DNA from: Rhizaria sp. SCN 62-66 | Lineage: Eukaryota | Length of the DNA stretch: 64,000 bases | NCBI GenBank assembly: GCA_001724265.1 | Contig: MEDY01000036.1 | Coordinates: forward strand, 62,001 to 126,000 | Reading direction: 5' to 3' | Shown: positions 46,009-58,227 of the stretch, one piece after another | Layout: each line of letters opens with the position of its first letter | How positions within the stretch are numbered: the first letter of the stretch is position 1 | Program-made: the position numbers and the translations under genes | Notes under the pieces: model-generated | The model's input: the letters and a program-made list of their open reading frames with translations, nothing else | The model's database searches: none | Told to the model about the DNA's origin: nothing

Positions 46009-48522
46009 TTACTTCTTGGCAGCCTTCTTGCCGGCCGCGGGCGCAGGCGCAGCAGCAGCCTTGGGGGCGGGCGCAGCAGCCTTAGCCGGGGCAGCCTTAG
46101 CAGCAGTAGCAGCGACCTTGCCGGCGGGAGCAGATGCAGCCTTCGCGCCGGCCTTGCCGGCGGGCGCAGCGGCGACGGGGGCGGCCTTGGCGCCCTTGGA
46201 CTGCACGCGAGCGTCCTTGGGCTGGGCGGCACGGATCATGTCCATCAGACTGCCCATCTTTGCGCCGTCGTCGTCGCTGTCGTCGTCCTCATCCTCGTCC
46301 TCGTCCTCGTCCTCGTCGGCGTCGGCGTCCTCGTCAGAGAAGACGACGGCCTCGCCACCGGCGTTGTCGTCGTCGTCCTCATCATCGTCGCCCTCGATGA
46401 AGTCGCCCTCGTCGTCCTCGTCCTCGTCGTCGTACATCATGTCGCCTTCGTCGCCCTCGCCCTCAAACATGTCCTCCTCGTCGTCCTCGTCCTCGCCGTC
46501 GAAGCCGTCGGCCTCGTCGTCCGAGACCTCGCCCTCCTGGATGGCGCGCGCACGGGCCTCGGCAACGCGCGCGGCGACCTTGGCCTCGAGCTCGGCGTCG
46601 AAGCCGCGCTCCTCGTCCTCGTCCTCGTCGTCGTCGCTGTCGCCGCCGCGCTTGCCGTTGCCGCCCTCGGTCTGCCCGGGGCGCAGCTTGGGTCCGGCCT
46701 TTAGGACCTTGATGCGGGCGACGTAGAAGCCGTCCATGTTGTGCGTGTGCGGATAGTAGCGCATCGTCTTGGCCACGCTGGGGTGGAACTCGCGCGCGCG
46801 GTACCGCTTGAACCCGGGCGTACCGAACGGCAGGAACGTCGGCTCGATGCTGATGTTGCGCTTGCGCAGCGCGTAGTCAACCACGGCCTCATTCTCCTCG
46901 ACGGCGATGGAGCACGTCGAGTAGACGACAATGCCGCCCGTGCGCGACTTGGGGTTGATCATGTCGATCGCCGTCAGCAGCAACTCCTTCTGCAGCGCCG
47001 CGCACATCTTGACGTCCTCGTCCGTCTTATTGAGCTTGATCGAAGGGTCGCGCGAGATGACGCCCAGGCCGGAGCACGGCGCGTCAAGCAGCACGCGGTC
47101 CAGCCGCTTGAAGTGCTTGGCCAGCTTGCGGCCGTCGAAGTGCGTGATGACAGCGTTGCGCACGCCCATGCGGTGCAAGTTTGCCGTCAACGCGGGCAGA
47201 CGCGGCTTGTGCACGTCGTTGGCGATCAGCACGCCCTGGTTCTTCATCAGCGCCGCCATGTACGTGGTCTTGCCACCGGGCGCGGCCGCCATGTCGAGGC
47301 AGATCTCGTCCGGCTGCGGCGCCAGCGACATTACGGGCATGAACGACGACGCGGACTGGCGCATGTAGTGGCCGGCCAGGTACTCGGGGGTCGCGCCGAT
47401 GGGAACCTGCGAGTCGTAGATCTTGAGCCCGACCTTGGACCAGTCGCCCAGCGGGTCGAGGTTGACGCCGCGCTGGATGAGCACCTCGGCGAGGTCGCGG
47501 CGGCGCGTCTTGAGCGTGTTGGTGCGGATCACGAGCGGGCGCGGCGTCTCGTTCGCCTCCAGGAACTCAAGGCACTCCGAGGGCGGGAACATGTCGAGGA
47601 AGCGGCGCACGAGCTCGGGGAGATAACCGAAGTACTCTGCGAGGTCGCGCTGCAGCAGGTCCATATACTGCTGGCGCGACACGCCGGGCGCGCGGCGCGT
47701 GGAGAAGCCCGAGAGCACGAAAATGACGTCACGGATACGCTGCATGATCATCGTCAGGTCCGGCACGGCCTGCGCCTCGGCTTCAAGCTCCTCCTCGGTC
47801 GGCAGCGTGAAGGTCGGCTCGTCGCTCTGGCCGGACTGCTGCTGCTCCAGCGCAGAGTCGCGCTCGATGCGCGCCTGCCGGGCCTTCATCTTGGCCGCGC
47901 GCGCCATGAAGTCGCCGCGGCCGCCGCCGTCCTCGTCGTCGTCGTCCTCGGCGTTCGAGTCGTAGTCGGAACCGCTGTAGTCCTCCTCCTGCTCGCTGTC
48001 GCTCTGCTCCTCCTCGTCATCGTCGTCGTCGTCGCTGTCAACGGCGCGGCGGGCGTTCTTGGCGTTCTTGGCGCCCTTAGCGGGGGGGGCACTATCGTCG
48101 CTGTCGCTGTCGTCGAACATGGCGAGCGTGGCCTTCTTGCCGCCAGAAGCGGCGGCGGCGGAGCGGGCGACGGCCGCGCGGCGGGCGCTCTCATCCTCAC
48201 TCTCCTCCTCCTCCTCATCATCGTCGTCGTCCTCGTCGTCGAAGTCGCCAGAGTCTTCGTCCTCGTCCTCAGCGTCCTCGTCGTCATCGTCCTCAGACTC
48301 GGAAACCGGCGCGGGCGCGGCGCGGCGCTTGGTGGCCGCCGCGGCGGGGGCAGGGGCAGATCGCTTCACCTGCGTCGTAGCAACGGGGGCGACGGGGACG
48401 GCCTTAGCCTTCGCGGCGGGCTTGGCAGCGGGGGCGACCGCCTTAGACTTGGGAGCGGGCGCCGGGACAGCGGCCTTCTTGGCCGCGGCGGGGGGCGCGG
48501 ACGCCGGCTTCTTCGGGGGCAT
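46009..48522 (-). CDS. NOP2: 25S/28S rRNA cytosine-C5 methyltransferase Nop2/NSUN1
   Basis: 'IGATPEYLAGHY', 'LDMAAAPGGKT', 'DRVLLDAPCSG', 'VYSTCS', 'PHTHNMDGFY', with acidic tracts at both ends; stop is TAA. Confidence 0.97.
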   Translation of the reverse strand: MPPKKPASAPPAAAKKAAVPAPAPKSKAVAPAAKPAAKAKAVPVAPVATTQVKRSAPAPAAAATKRRAAPAPVSESEDDDDEDAEDEDEDSGDFDDEDDDDDEEEEESEDESARRAAVARSAAAASGGKKATLAMFDDSDSDDSAPPAKGAKNAKNARRAVDSDDDDDDEEEQSDSEQEEDYSGSDYDSNAEDDDDEDGGGRGDFMARAAKMKARQARIERDSALEQQQSGQSDEPTFTLPTEEELEAEAQAVPDLTMIMQRIRDVIFVLSGFSTRRAPGVSRQQYMDLLQRDLAEYFGYLPELVRRFLDMFPPSECLEFLEANETPRPLVIRTNTLKTRRRDLAEVLIQRGVNLDPLGDWSKVGLKIYDSQVPIGATPEYLAGHYMRQSASSFMPVMSLAPQPDEICLDMAAAPGGKTTYMAALMKNQGVLIANDVHKPRLPALTANLHRMGVRNAVITHFDGRKLAKHFKRLDRVLLDAPCSGLGVISRDPSIKLNKTDEDVKMCAALQKELLLTAIDMINPKSRTGGIVVYSTCSIAVEENEAVVDYALRKRNISIEPTFLPFGTPGFKRYRAREFHPSVAKTMRYYPHTHNMDGFYVARIKVLKAGPKLRPGQTEGGNGKRGGDSDDDEDEDEERGFDAELEAKVAARVAEARARAIQEGEVSDDEADGFDGEDEDDEEDMFEGEGDEGDMMYDDEDEDDEGDFIEGDDDEDDDDNAGGEAVVFSDEDADADEDEDEDEDEDDDSDDDGAKMGSLMDMIRAAQPKDARVQSKGAKAAPVAAAPAGKAGAKAASAPAGKVAATAAKAAPAKAAAPAPKAAAAPAPAAGKKAAKK

Positions 48523-49015
48523 CGGAAGCGGGGACTTCGGTGGTTGTAGTTGTGGGGGAAACAGGGTGAACGAAGGGTGCAAGAAGGGGGTCAGTTGTGA
48601 GGCAAGGACAGTTTGTGGAAACATATAAATAGGGCGATAAATAAAATAGTGCAAGATCATCTCATACATCCATCAATAACAATATTCCACGAAATAGACA
48701 CGACGCTGGAGACGTTTTGCGGGGCGCTCCTCTCGACTCACCGACCGACCAACTGGAACTGGGACCGTGGGCCAAAGTTAAGCCTGCGAGTGACTGTGAG
48801 CGACGGCCGGCCCGACCGACTTGGGAACGAATGGTCAGCTCGAAAAACAAGCAAACTGGGTGCATTAATTGTTACCTTAAAGGATATTAAAACAAAATCA
48901 ATTTATATAATTGGGCGATATAACTTATATCGACTCAACACTTCTACTGACGGATGTTTCATGCCACTGTGCGCTAACTTCTGCTCTTTTTTTGGTTGTC
49001 ACTCGCTTGCCACAG

Positions 49016-52000
49016 ATGCACGCTTTCCAGCCTGCATTGATCCGCGTTGCCACGTGCAACTTGAATCAATGGTCGATGGAATTTGAGACCAATCTCCGCA
49101 ACGTGCGCACCTCTATCCTTGAGGCCAAGCGTCAAGGAGCCTCCTACCGCACCGGTCCCGAGCTCGAGGTCCGTCTTTGGCACGCACCCCGTCGACATCT
49201 TCTTTAAGTCCGCACACTGTCCCCATAACGTCTCTCCTCGAACTGTTTACTTTTGTCATAGATCCCTAACCTCACATTTGTTTGCTTTCCTATGCTTTTA
49301 TGTCTACAGCTGTGCGGCTACGGCTGCGAGGACCACTTCTACGAGGCCGACACGGAGGCCCACTGCTGGGAATCGCTGGTCGCTCTCCTGACTGACCGCG
49401 CGCTCGACGGCCTGCTCTTCGACGTCGGCATGCCCGTCTCGCACTGCGGCGCGCGCTACAACGCTCGCGTGTGGTGCTACTCGGGCGCCATTCTCGCGAT
49501 TCGCCCCAAGCTGGTGCTCGCCGACGACGGCAACTACCGCGAGCCCCGCTGGTTCACTGCGTGGAACCCCGCCCTTTCTCGCGCGCCCACACACACCGCA
49601 GCCCCCGCGTTCTCCGCAGCAGCCGCAGCGACCGCCTCCGTGGGCCCCGGCGCGGCTGCCGTCGTGCTGCCGAGTCCGCTGCCCGCGACGCTGGCGCAGT
49701 TCGGGCTCCCGGCCGCCGTGACCGCCGCGACGGGGCAGGCGTGGGCGCCGATGGGCCTGATCGCAGTGGCCGCCGCCGACGTCACGCTCGCCAGCGAGAT
49801 CTGCGAGGAGCTCTTCGCGCCGGAGCCCGTGCACGGCAGGCTCTACGCCGCCGGGGTCGACATCGTGTCCAACGCGTCGGTACGCGATATCCCACTAACA
49901 CGAACAATTAGATAATGTACTATCCTGCGTAGTATGCTGTGCGCGTGCTGCCTGACGCCTATCTTGTTCTTTACGTCAAAATCAACGGTTTTATTTTATC
50001 TCACAACATGTTTTGTCTTTTTATTTTGTTTTGTTTGCATATTGTACATAATAGGGCTCGCACCACTCTTTGCGCAAGCTTGACCTGCGCCTGGACCTTA
50101 TCCAGGGCGCGTCGCGGCGCTACCACGCGGCCTACGTCTACGCCAACCAGCAGGGATGCGATGGGGGCCGGCTTTACTTCGACGGCTGCGCGTGCGTGGC
50201 CAGCGAGGGCGCTATCGTCGCCCAGGGCTCGCAGTTTGGGCTCAAGGACGTCGAGGTCGTCACCGCGGTGCTCGATATCGACCGGCAGAGGGCCGCCGTG
50301 CTCGCGCACACCAGGTACGATCCTATAACGTCGCAGGAGAGAAGAAACAACAACTTGAGAACAATATTAGCGATACCGTTGATGCATTATAACTGTGCTC
50401 CATGATGTTCCGACGATGCTGAATTATGAAGATTTCGTTGACGTTGTTGTTGTTGTTTTTTTACTAATTTTGTGTTCATATGTTTTGCTTTGTGCTATCC
50501 ATCACCGGTTTAGTGCGCGCGTTGTCAGCGCCTCCGCGGCCACTGTGCCCACCGTCCACCTCTCAGTCCCCCTGTGTCTGGCCGCGACCACCCCTGCCCC
50601 CGCCGACAGCACGGTGACTGGCCTGGAGAGCCGCCTGAGACAGCTCCCGGCGTTCGCGACCGTGCACAGCAAGACCACGCAGTTCTCTGCTCAAAGCAAC
50701 GTTACCAGCAGTCAGCTGCTGCTGTCCCCCGCGCCCTCCCCCACCATCAACACTACCGCCGCCGCCGCCGCCGCCGCCGCCGCTGCTGCTGCTGCTGCTG
50801 CTGCTGCAGGCGACTCTGCCACCAGCAGCAGCAGCAGCGCCGTCGCACCCACTGCCGCCGCTGCTGGCGCTGTGACTAGCGCTGCGGCTGGCGGTAGGTG
50901 TGTTGTGCACGCGTCGCCACCGCTCGCCCCGCTTCTGCACTCCTTCACCGAGGAGATCGCGCTGGGCCCAGCGTGTTGGCTGTGGGACTACCTGCGGCGC
51001 TCGGGCATGGCGGGCTTCTTCCTCCCGCTCTCCGGGGGCGCGGACAGCGCCGCCACGGCCGCCATCGTTGGCGCCATGTGCACGCTTGTCGCCAACGCCT
51101 ACGCAATGGGCATCCCGGAGGTACGTCGTCGTAATTGCCTCTTTATTCGTAGTCAAAGAACAAAAAAATTGAACTGAAATATGATCAATCTTTAAAGTGA
51201 AAGTGTGTTTTTTTAGATATTTTTAAACGACGAAAGTATGATTTCTCACTAAGTATGTTTAATATGCGTTTTTGTTGTGCTATATCCGATCTGTGCAGGT
51301 TGTCGCGGACCTGGACCGGCTGTACCCGCGGCCCGCCAACGCGCTGCTGCCGACGCGGCAAGCGATCGCTGCTCACCTCTTCTTCACGTGCTACATGGGC
51401 ACCGTTAACTCCTCCGCAGACACGCGCGCGCGCGCCCGCGCCGTGGCGGCCGACATCGGCTGCACACACAGCGAGGGCGACATCGATGCCGTGGTCGAGT
51501 CCTCGGTGTCATGGGTTACCACGCTCACGGGTACGCGGCCTACCTTCGAGTCGGGCGCGCGCACCGAGAACCTCGCGCTGCAGAACGTGCAGGCACGCGT
51601 ACGCATGGTCCAGTCTTACCTCGCCGCCCAGCTGCTCCTGGCCGCCCGCGGCCGCAGCGGCGCTCTCCTCGTCCTCGGCTCTGCCAACGTCGATGAAGGG
51701 CTGCGCGGGTTCCTCACTAAGTACGACTGCTCGGCCGCGGACATCAACCCCATCGGCGGCATCTCCAAGCTCGACCTCCGCGCGTTCCTCTACTGGGGCG
51801 CCGGTGCCTCGGCGCTCAACTATCCGGCGCTGGCGACTGTCGCCGCGGCGGCCGCGTCGCCCGAGCTCGTCCCGGCCTCGGCCACCGCGGGCGGCGCGCA
51901 GGTCAGCGAAGAGGACATGGGCTTCAGCTTCGAGGAGCTGGGCGCCATGGGCCGGCTTAGGAAGCTGCAGGCCTGCGGCCCGGTGGGCATGTACGTGCAG

Positions 52001-52406
52001 CTCAGGCGGGTCTGGAGTAGCTCCAAGAGCGCCAAGGCGGTGGCAGAAAAGGTACGCTTTCATATCAACCAATATATTCGCTCTATTGGGACACTGCTCT
52101 CATCAATTTGCCGTTTTTTGGATTTAAGATCACAGATCAAATCCGGCTTCTCACTTTTGTTTTGTTTTGTGGTTATTTTCTCCTGCACGTATGTAGGTCA
52201 AGTCGTTCTTCCGCTACTACGCCATCAACCGGCACAAGATGACCACTATCACGCCCTCGTACCACGCGGAGAGCTACAGTCCCGACGACAACCGGTTCGA
52301 CTTGCGACAGTTCCTCTACTGCGTTGCCTGGCCCCGGCAGTTCGCCACGATCGACAAGCTGGTGGCCGCGGAGGAGGCTACTGCGAGAGCGCAGTGCAAG
52401 CTGTGA
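49016..52406 (+). CDS. NADSYN1: Glutamine-dependent NAD+ synthetase; exons 49016-49168, 49310-49879, 50055-50314, 50514-51120, 51299-52051, 52197-52406 (~850 aa)
   Basis: Nitrilase domain '[10 protein letters not shown]', 'GPELE', 'RPK', 'EICEELF', 'SGSHH'. Synthetase 'LPLSGGADS', 'LALQNVQAR', 'TKYDCS', 'NRHKMT', '[10 protein letters not shown]'. Ends in CKL followed by TGA. Confidence 0.96.
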
Positions 52407-52626
52407 ACAGACTGACTGAGTCTTAGGACCGAAAAAACTTAGGAATCTGCGTCTATCGCGTCGGGCCTGGCCTGAACGACGATATACGGCGCTGATGCTG
52501 AGCTTTTAATGCGTTGGCGAGAGTGAGTTAGCTTTTTGATGTGTTCATTCATGTGCTGTTTGAGTGCTTGTATGTGGTACAGTCGTGAATTGGCAGAAAT
52601 CGTCGGTCCAGCTCAGCTGTGGTCAG

Positions 52627-52673
52627 TAGAAACAAGTGTATCACGTTCAGGACTAGAAACAAGTGTATCACGT
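52627..52673 (+). repeat. Intergenic 20-bp direct repeat TAGAAACAAGTGTATCACGT x2
   Basis: Exact copies at 52627-52646 and 52654-52673. Confidence 0.85.
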
Positions 52674-53298
52674 GCATATCAAGTTAATTCTCACATATAC
52701 TGTTAACTATAGAAACACAACATGATTAATAATAAGAATACAAAGTTCAAATCCCAAATCACGGATTTTTACCCGTCTTATGACTCCGTTTTGCGTTTTC
52801 CTCGCAACCCTCGCCCACTCGTCTCGCCTCGGTCCGCCTCAGCCCCTCTGTCCCTCGTGTTGGGAGACGGTGGCAGGGGGCCAGCAGCGGCTGCTGGGCG
52901 TGGAGCTGTGGAGGAGGCCAACGATCTCTCCGTGAAACAAAACGCTGGTGATGATGATATAGACGTCATTTATTTCGCGTGCTTTTGTGCTGTTTTGATA
53001 TAAGTCATGATTTAGTTTTTGATTTTAAACACTTTGAGCACCGTCGTGGACAATTGACAGCGCTAGGCCTGCCTCTCAGTGTCAAAACTGGGATGATTTG
53101 CAGAGATGGTTGCGAATTCCTCATTTTCTATTTCTATCATCAAATAACATATCTCCAGTCGCAATGACAATTCATTCATCTTTAATGTGGTTGCGCGTAT
53201 CTATTAGTCCCGATTTTGTTAACTTTCACTTTGTTTATGACCGAAATCTCGCCCTCTTTGTGCGTGGCCTTAGGAAGGGGATCTGGAGAACAACTCGG

Positions 53299-56200
53299 AT
53301 GCAACCCTCCCTCTCTCCCGCCGCTGTGGACGCGCACCCCGTGTCCGCCCCGCCGCCCGAGCCCGTGCGCCCTGCGCTGCCGGACCTCCGCAACTCGTCC
53401 TGCGTCTGGGCCGGCAACGTGTGCCCCACACTGACGGACGGTGAGGTCCGAGCCGCCTTTGAGCCCTTCGGCGAGATCATCGACTCCCGCCGCTTTTCAA
53501 CCTCCAACTGTGCCTTTATCACTTACAGGACGATCGACAGCGCGCGCGCTGCGCTCGTGCTTGAAGGCACGACGCTGGGCACGATGACGCTCACGCTCAA
53601 CATCGGGCAGACCTCGCGGCATCTCTGGGTCGGCAACCTACCCGAGGACATCACGTCGCAGGAAATTGCAGACATCTTTGCCGTCTATGGCCGGGTTGAG
53701 AGCACATGGCTCATGGCTAATTCCAGGGTTCGTCTTTTTTTGTATCTCTACTTTACCGTCAAATTTGATAACCTAGTTTGTATTTACTGCAATTCGTCCC
53801 GACAAGGTGACGCATGCCTTGCTCACGTCGACCGTTCTGCTCTGCTCTTTGATCTCGCCTTAAATTGCAATTATAGAGCTGCTTTGTCAACTACGACGAC
53901 TTGTATGATGCTGAGGTTGCATTCAATGCCATGAACGGTGCTAAAATTAATGACAAGGTGCGTTTCACGAAACACTGCGCCCACAATCCCACTTTTTTAA
54001 TTCGCATGTTTCCCCTCCTGTCAGCTTTCTTATTTGACCGTTTTTTCCCTTTCATGCGTTTTAAGTTAGTTTTTGACTTTTATTTACTGTATCAGTGCAT
54101 ATCTCCCGCAATTCTCTCATTCTTGCCCTGTATGTCTCTCTCTTGACTCTGTTCAGGTCATCTCCATCAACTACCAGTGGAACAACTCCCGCCGCAACGG
54201 CATCGCCACAAAAGTCTGCACCAGCGGCGACCACCCCGCCGGCCACAAGGGTGGCCCCAACGGCAACGGCAGCGGCAACGACGATAGCAACGGCGACGGG
54301 GTCGAGGGCAAGTCCAACAGCAGCGCCCCGAGCGTGACCGTGAACGGCATCAGCATCAGCAACCACGGCAACCACGGCAACAACGCTGCTGCCGTGGGCG
54401 TGAACGCCACCAGCAACGGCGCCAACAACGGCCGCCTGCGCAAGGCGAACAAGATCGCCGCCGCCATCGCCGCCGCCGCGATGGGGGAGGGCGCGCCGCT
54501 TGCGCTGGCCGCGTCGCTGCTCACCGCGGGCAGCAGCAACAACATCAACATCAACACGCACGCCCACGCGCACAACGCCGCTGGAAGCGCCGCCAACGCC
54601 GGTAAGCAGGCCGGCGCGGGCAAGGGGAGCAAGAACAAGGCCACACGGGCCAACGGCGGCGTTTCGAACGTCATGTCGGGGGCGCCCGGGCTGAACTTCG
54701 ACTTTAGCGCTGCCGCGCTCGCCGCCGCGTCGCTGTCAAACGCTGCTGCCGGCAGCGCAGGCGACGCTGCCACCACTGCTGCTGCTGCTGCGGCCGGTAC
54801 GAGTGATGACGCGGTGGCCGCCGCTGTTGGCGCTACGGTCAAGAGCGGCGGCAAGAGCAAGCGCGCCCGCAGCGCCGCCAAGCACGCCGCCATGATGGCC
54901 GCCGCGGCCGCCGCCTCCGCGGACGTGACCGCCAACGCCGCCGCGGCCGCGGGCGAGGGCCCGACGAACCAGCTGTTTGTGTCGAACATCCACGCGGGCA
55001 TCGAGGCGCACGCGCTCATCGCGTTCCTGACCACGCAGTTCAACCTTTACTCGAACAACCGTGTCGTGTGCGTCAAGGCCTTTCCCGCGCGCGGCTTCGC
55101 GTTCGTGACGTTCGACTCGACCGAGGCCGCCGCCACGGCCAAGGCGCGCGCGCGCGTCGAGCCCGTACTGCTGCTGGGACTGCCGCTCAAGGTCGGCTTC
55201 GGCAAGCACGTGAGCTACACGGGCATGTTCCCCGAGCGCATCGACCCCGTGCGCATGCTGGCACAAATCTCAGCCGCCTCGACCGCGCAGAAGGGCTACT
55301 GGGCCACGCTCATGCAGACGCCCGCAACCACCGCGGGCGCCGCGGGTGCGACTGTGGGCGCCACGGGTGCCACGGACGCCGCGACCGTGGGCGGCGCGAG
55401 TTCCGGCTCCGCCTCCACGATGCAGGCCACCCACGCTGCCGCTGCCGCTGCCGCCGGCACTGGCACTGGCGCGGGCGCCGGGTCTGGCGCGGGCGCGAGC
55501 GCTGTGGGCGGCGCGAGCGACGACGCGGCGGCCGCGGCGGCGCTCATGGCGGCGTTGGGTGGCGGCGCGGACCCAGCCTCCGCCGCGGCCGCAGCTGCGG
55601 CCGCGGCTGCCGCCGTTGTCGCTGCAGCCGCCAACGCCAACGGTGGTGTTGGCGCCAATACCACGAACGCGCTGGCGAGTCTCAATGCGCTGAACGTTAG
55701 CAACCTCAACGGTCTGAGCCTTAACGCTGCCGGTCTGGCCGGGCTCGGGGCGAATGGACTGACCGCGAATGCGCTGGGCGCCTCAGGACTAAACGGCATT
55801 AATGCCAACGCATTGGGTGGGATGAACTCTGTGGCGTTGGGCTCGCTGCAGAGCACGCTGCCGCTGTCTCTGCCCATGACTCTGCCCAACGGCCTCCAGA
55901 CTGGCCTCCAGACCGATCTCTCTGCGGGGCTCCAGGCCGGGCTATCGACGGGACTTCAGACGGGGTCGCTACTTCTGCAGAACGCTCTGCAGCCCAACGC
56001 TCTACAGGCCAGTAGTAACGCACTGCAGGCGAACGCTGCGCTTACTGGCGCTGCGCTCGGCGGCGCGATGCCGCAGATGGCGCAGATGTCGCAGATGCAT
56101 GGCCTGCCGCTGTCGCTCCAGTCGAGCGCCACGCTCGCCGGTGGCAGCCTGCAGACCGGGGGCTTGACCGGCGCGCTGACGATGAGCAACGGGATGTCCA

Positions 56201-58227
56201 TGTCTCTGCCACTGCCGCTACAGATGCAGCAACAGCAGCAACAACAGCAGCATCAGCAGTTGTTGCAGCAGCATTACCTTCAGCTGCAGCTTCAGCAACA
56301 GCAGCAGCTGTCTCCCGCCTCCGCTGCCGCCGCCGCCAACGCCATGATGCAGCCGGCCCTTCAGCTGCCTCCGCGCGCGCAGTACACCCCCCAGTCTCCG
56401 GCTAAGTCGCTCGGGCTTCCGCTGTCCCAGCAGCCGCCGTCGCCGTCGGTCGCAGCCACAACCCCGCAGGCGCAGCTGTCGCAGCAGGTGACGTACGTGC
56501 AGCTGCCCGATGGCACCGTCGTCGGAGTGCTGCCCGAGCAGCTCGCGCTTCACGGGGGCTCCGCCACCGCGGCGGCCACGACCGCAGCTAACGCCGCCAA
56601 TGCCGCCGCAGCAGCAGCGGCAGCCGCTGTCGCCGCTGGTGCAAATATGAACATGAACATGAATATGAACATGAACGCGGGTGCGGGCCTGAACGCGGGC
56701 CTGAACGTGAGCTCTAGCGTGAGCGTGGGGAGCGGACACAGCGCCCCGTCCTCGCGCGCGCACTCGCCCGCCGACCTTTCACTCGCTCTTAACGGCAACG
56801 GCAGCGTCAACGCAGTCGGCAGTGGCGGCCGCATCCGCAGCGCCAAGAGCTCCGCGAACGCGCACGCCGGCACCGGCGGCGGCGACTGCGGGAGCGACAT
56901 CAGCCCCCACGGCAGCATTGACTCGGCGCAGTCAGCGTCGTCGCCGTCGCTGCCGCCGCTGCTGCCGCCCCCGGGCTGCGTCGGATCCGTGTCGGCCGCG
57001 GGGTCCACCGTAGGGCTGCCCCACGTCCACACGGCCGCGGGCAGCGTGGCGGGAGGCAGTAGAGTCGAGTCGCCCTCGCCGGTGGACTCGACCGCCGCGC
57101 TCCCGCTCCTGCTTGGCGGCGGCCACAACCACGGCCACGCGAACGCGAACGCGAATGGCATTAGCATTCATCGGCAGCGGGCAGTGAGTGCGCGTGCCAG
57201 TGTGAGCAATGACAATCAAGCACCGTCGCAGCCTCAGTCATACACGGTTCACGGTCACTCGATTCCTGCCTACAATGCTCACAATGCTCATAACGCCTAC
57301 GGTAACTTTTTCCCCGGACCCAACGGCGTCCCGGCTGGTAACGGCGCCGTCGCCGCGACCGCTCACCCCACGCCCTCTGCGGCAGCGGCGCACGGCATGA
57401 GCCCCTACGCGCCCCCGGGCATGGTGGCCCTGGCCGCGCCGGGCGGCGGATACTACTATGTGCCTGACTTCAACAACATCAACACCGCCGCTGCCAACGC
57501 TCACGGTCAAGCTCACGGCCACGGCCACGGTCACGGTTCCAACCCGTACTTGGCTGCTGCTCACGGTCAGGGACACCAGCAGCCCTCGGATACACACGGT
57601 CTCTTGTCTGGACAGGGGTTTTACTACCCCCCGCCTCAGCACGCCCACGGTCACAGTCACGGTCACGGTAATGCTCACGGTCTCAGTCAAGGTCACTTCT
57701 ATCCGAATTCCCCTGCTGCTCACGGTCACTCTGCTCACGGTCACTCTGCCCTTGCCCACGGTCACTCCGCACACAGCCACGCGGGCTACCCGTATCCGCC
57801 GAATCCCTTCGGCTACGGCAGCCACCCCCTGCCCCCCATCACCACTCCTAATACTGCGAATGCGACTACGAGTACGGGCGCACCGTCACACCCGCGCGTG
57901 TCCACTGTCGCCGCGGCTGCTGCGCATGCTGCGACGGCCCCCGTGGCCGCTGCTGCGGCGGCGGCGGCGGCGAATAACTCGAATAGCGGGCTCGCAACAT
58001 ATCCGTACCCCTACTCCGGCCAATCCGCCTCCGTCTCCGCCGCCGCCGCCATCGTCCCCGGCAGCAAGACTGCCGGTAACAGCAACGGCGTTCAGGTGCG
58101 CGCGCAGTCGGCAACGTCCAGCACCAACCCCAGCGGCAGCAATGGCGCTGGCAAGGGTGGGCGCAACAGCCAAAACAACAAAAATGGCAGCAACAACGCT
58201 GCCCGTGGCAAGCAAGCCAGCGAATAA
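53299..58227 (+). CDS. RNA-binding protein with three RRMs and a long low-complexity tail; exons 53299-53727, 53877-53957, 54157-58227 (5' end uncertain)
   Basis: RNP2/RNP1 pairs 'VWAGNV...CAFITY', 'SRHLWVGNL...SCFVNY', 'LFVSNI...RGFAFVTF'; phase-0 introns; stop is TAA. Confidence 0.82.

Noticed and set aside
7826-57825. Many long antisense or alternative-frame ORFs (e.g. 7826-9460+, 14212-15612-, 30434-31711-, 46741-48549+)
   Set aside because: They are shadows of GC-rich, codon-biased real genes and show no domain motifs.
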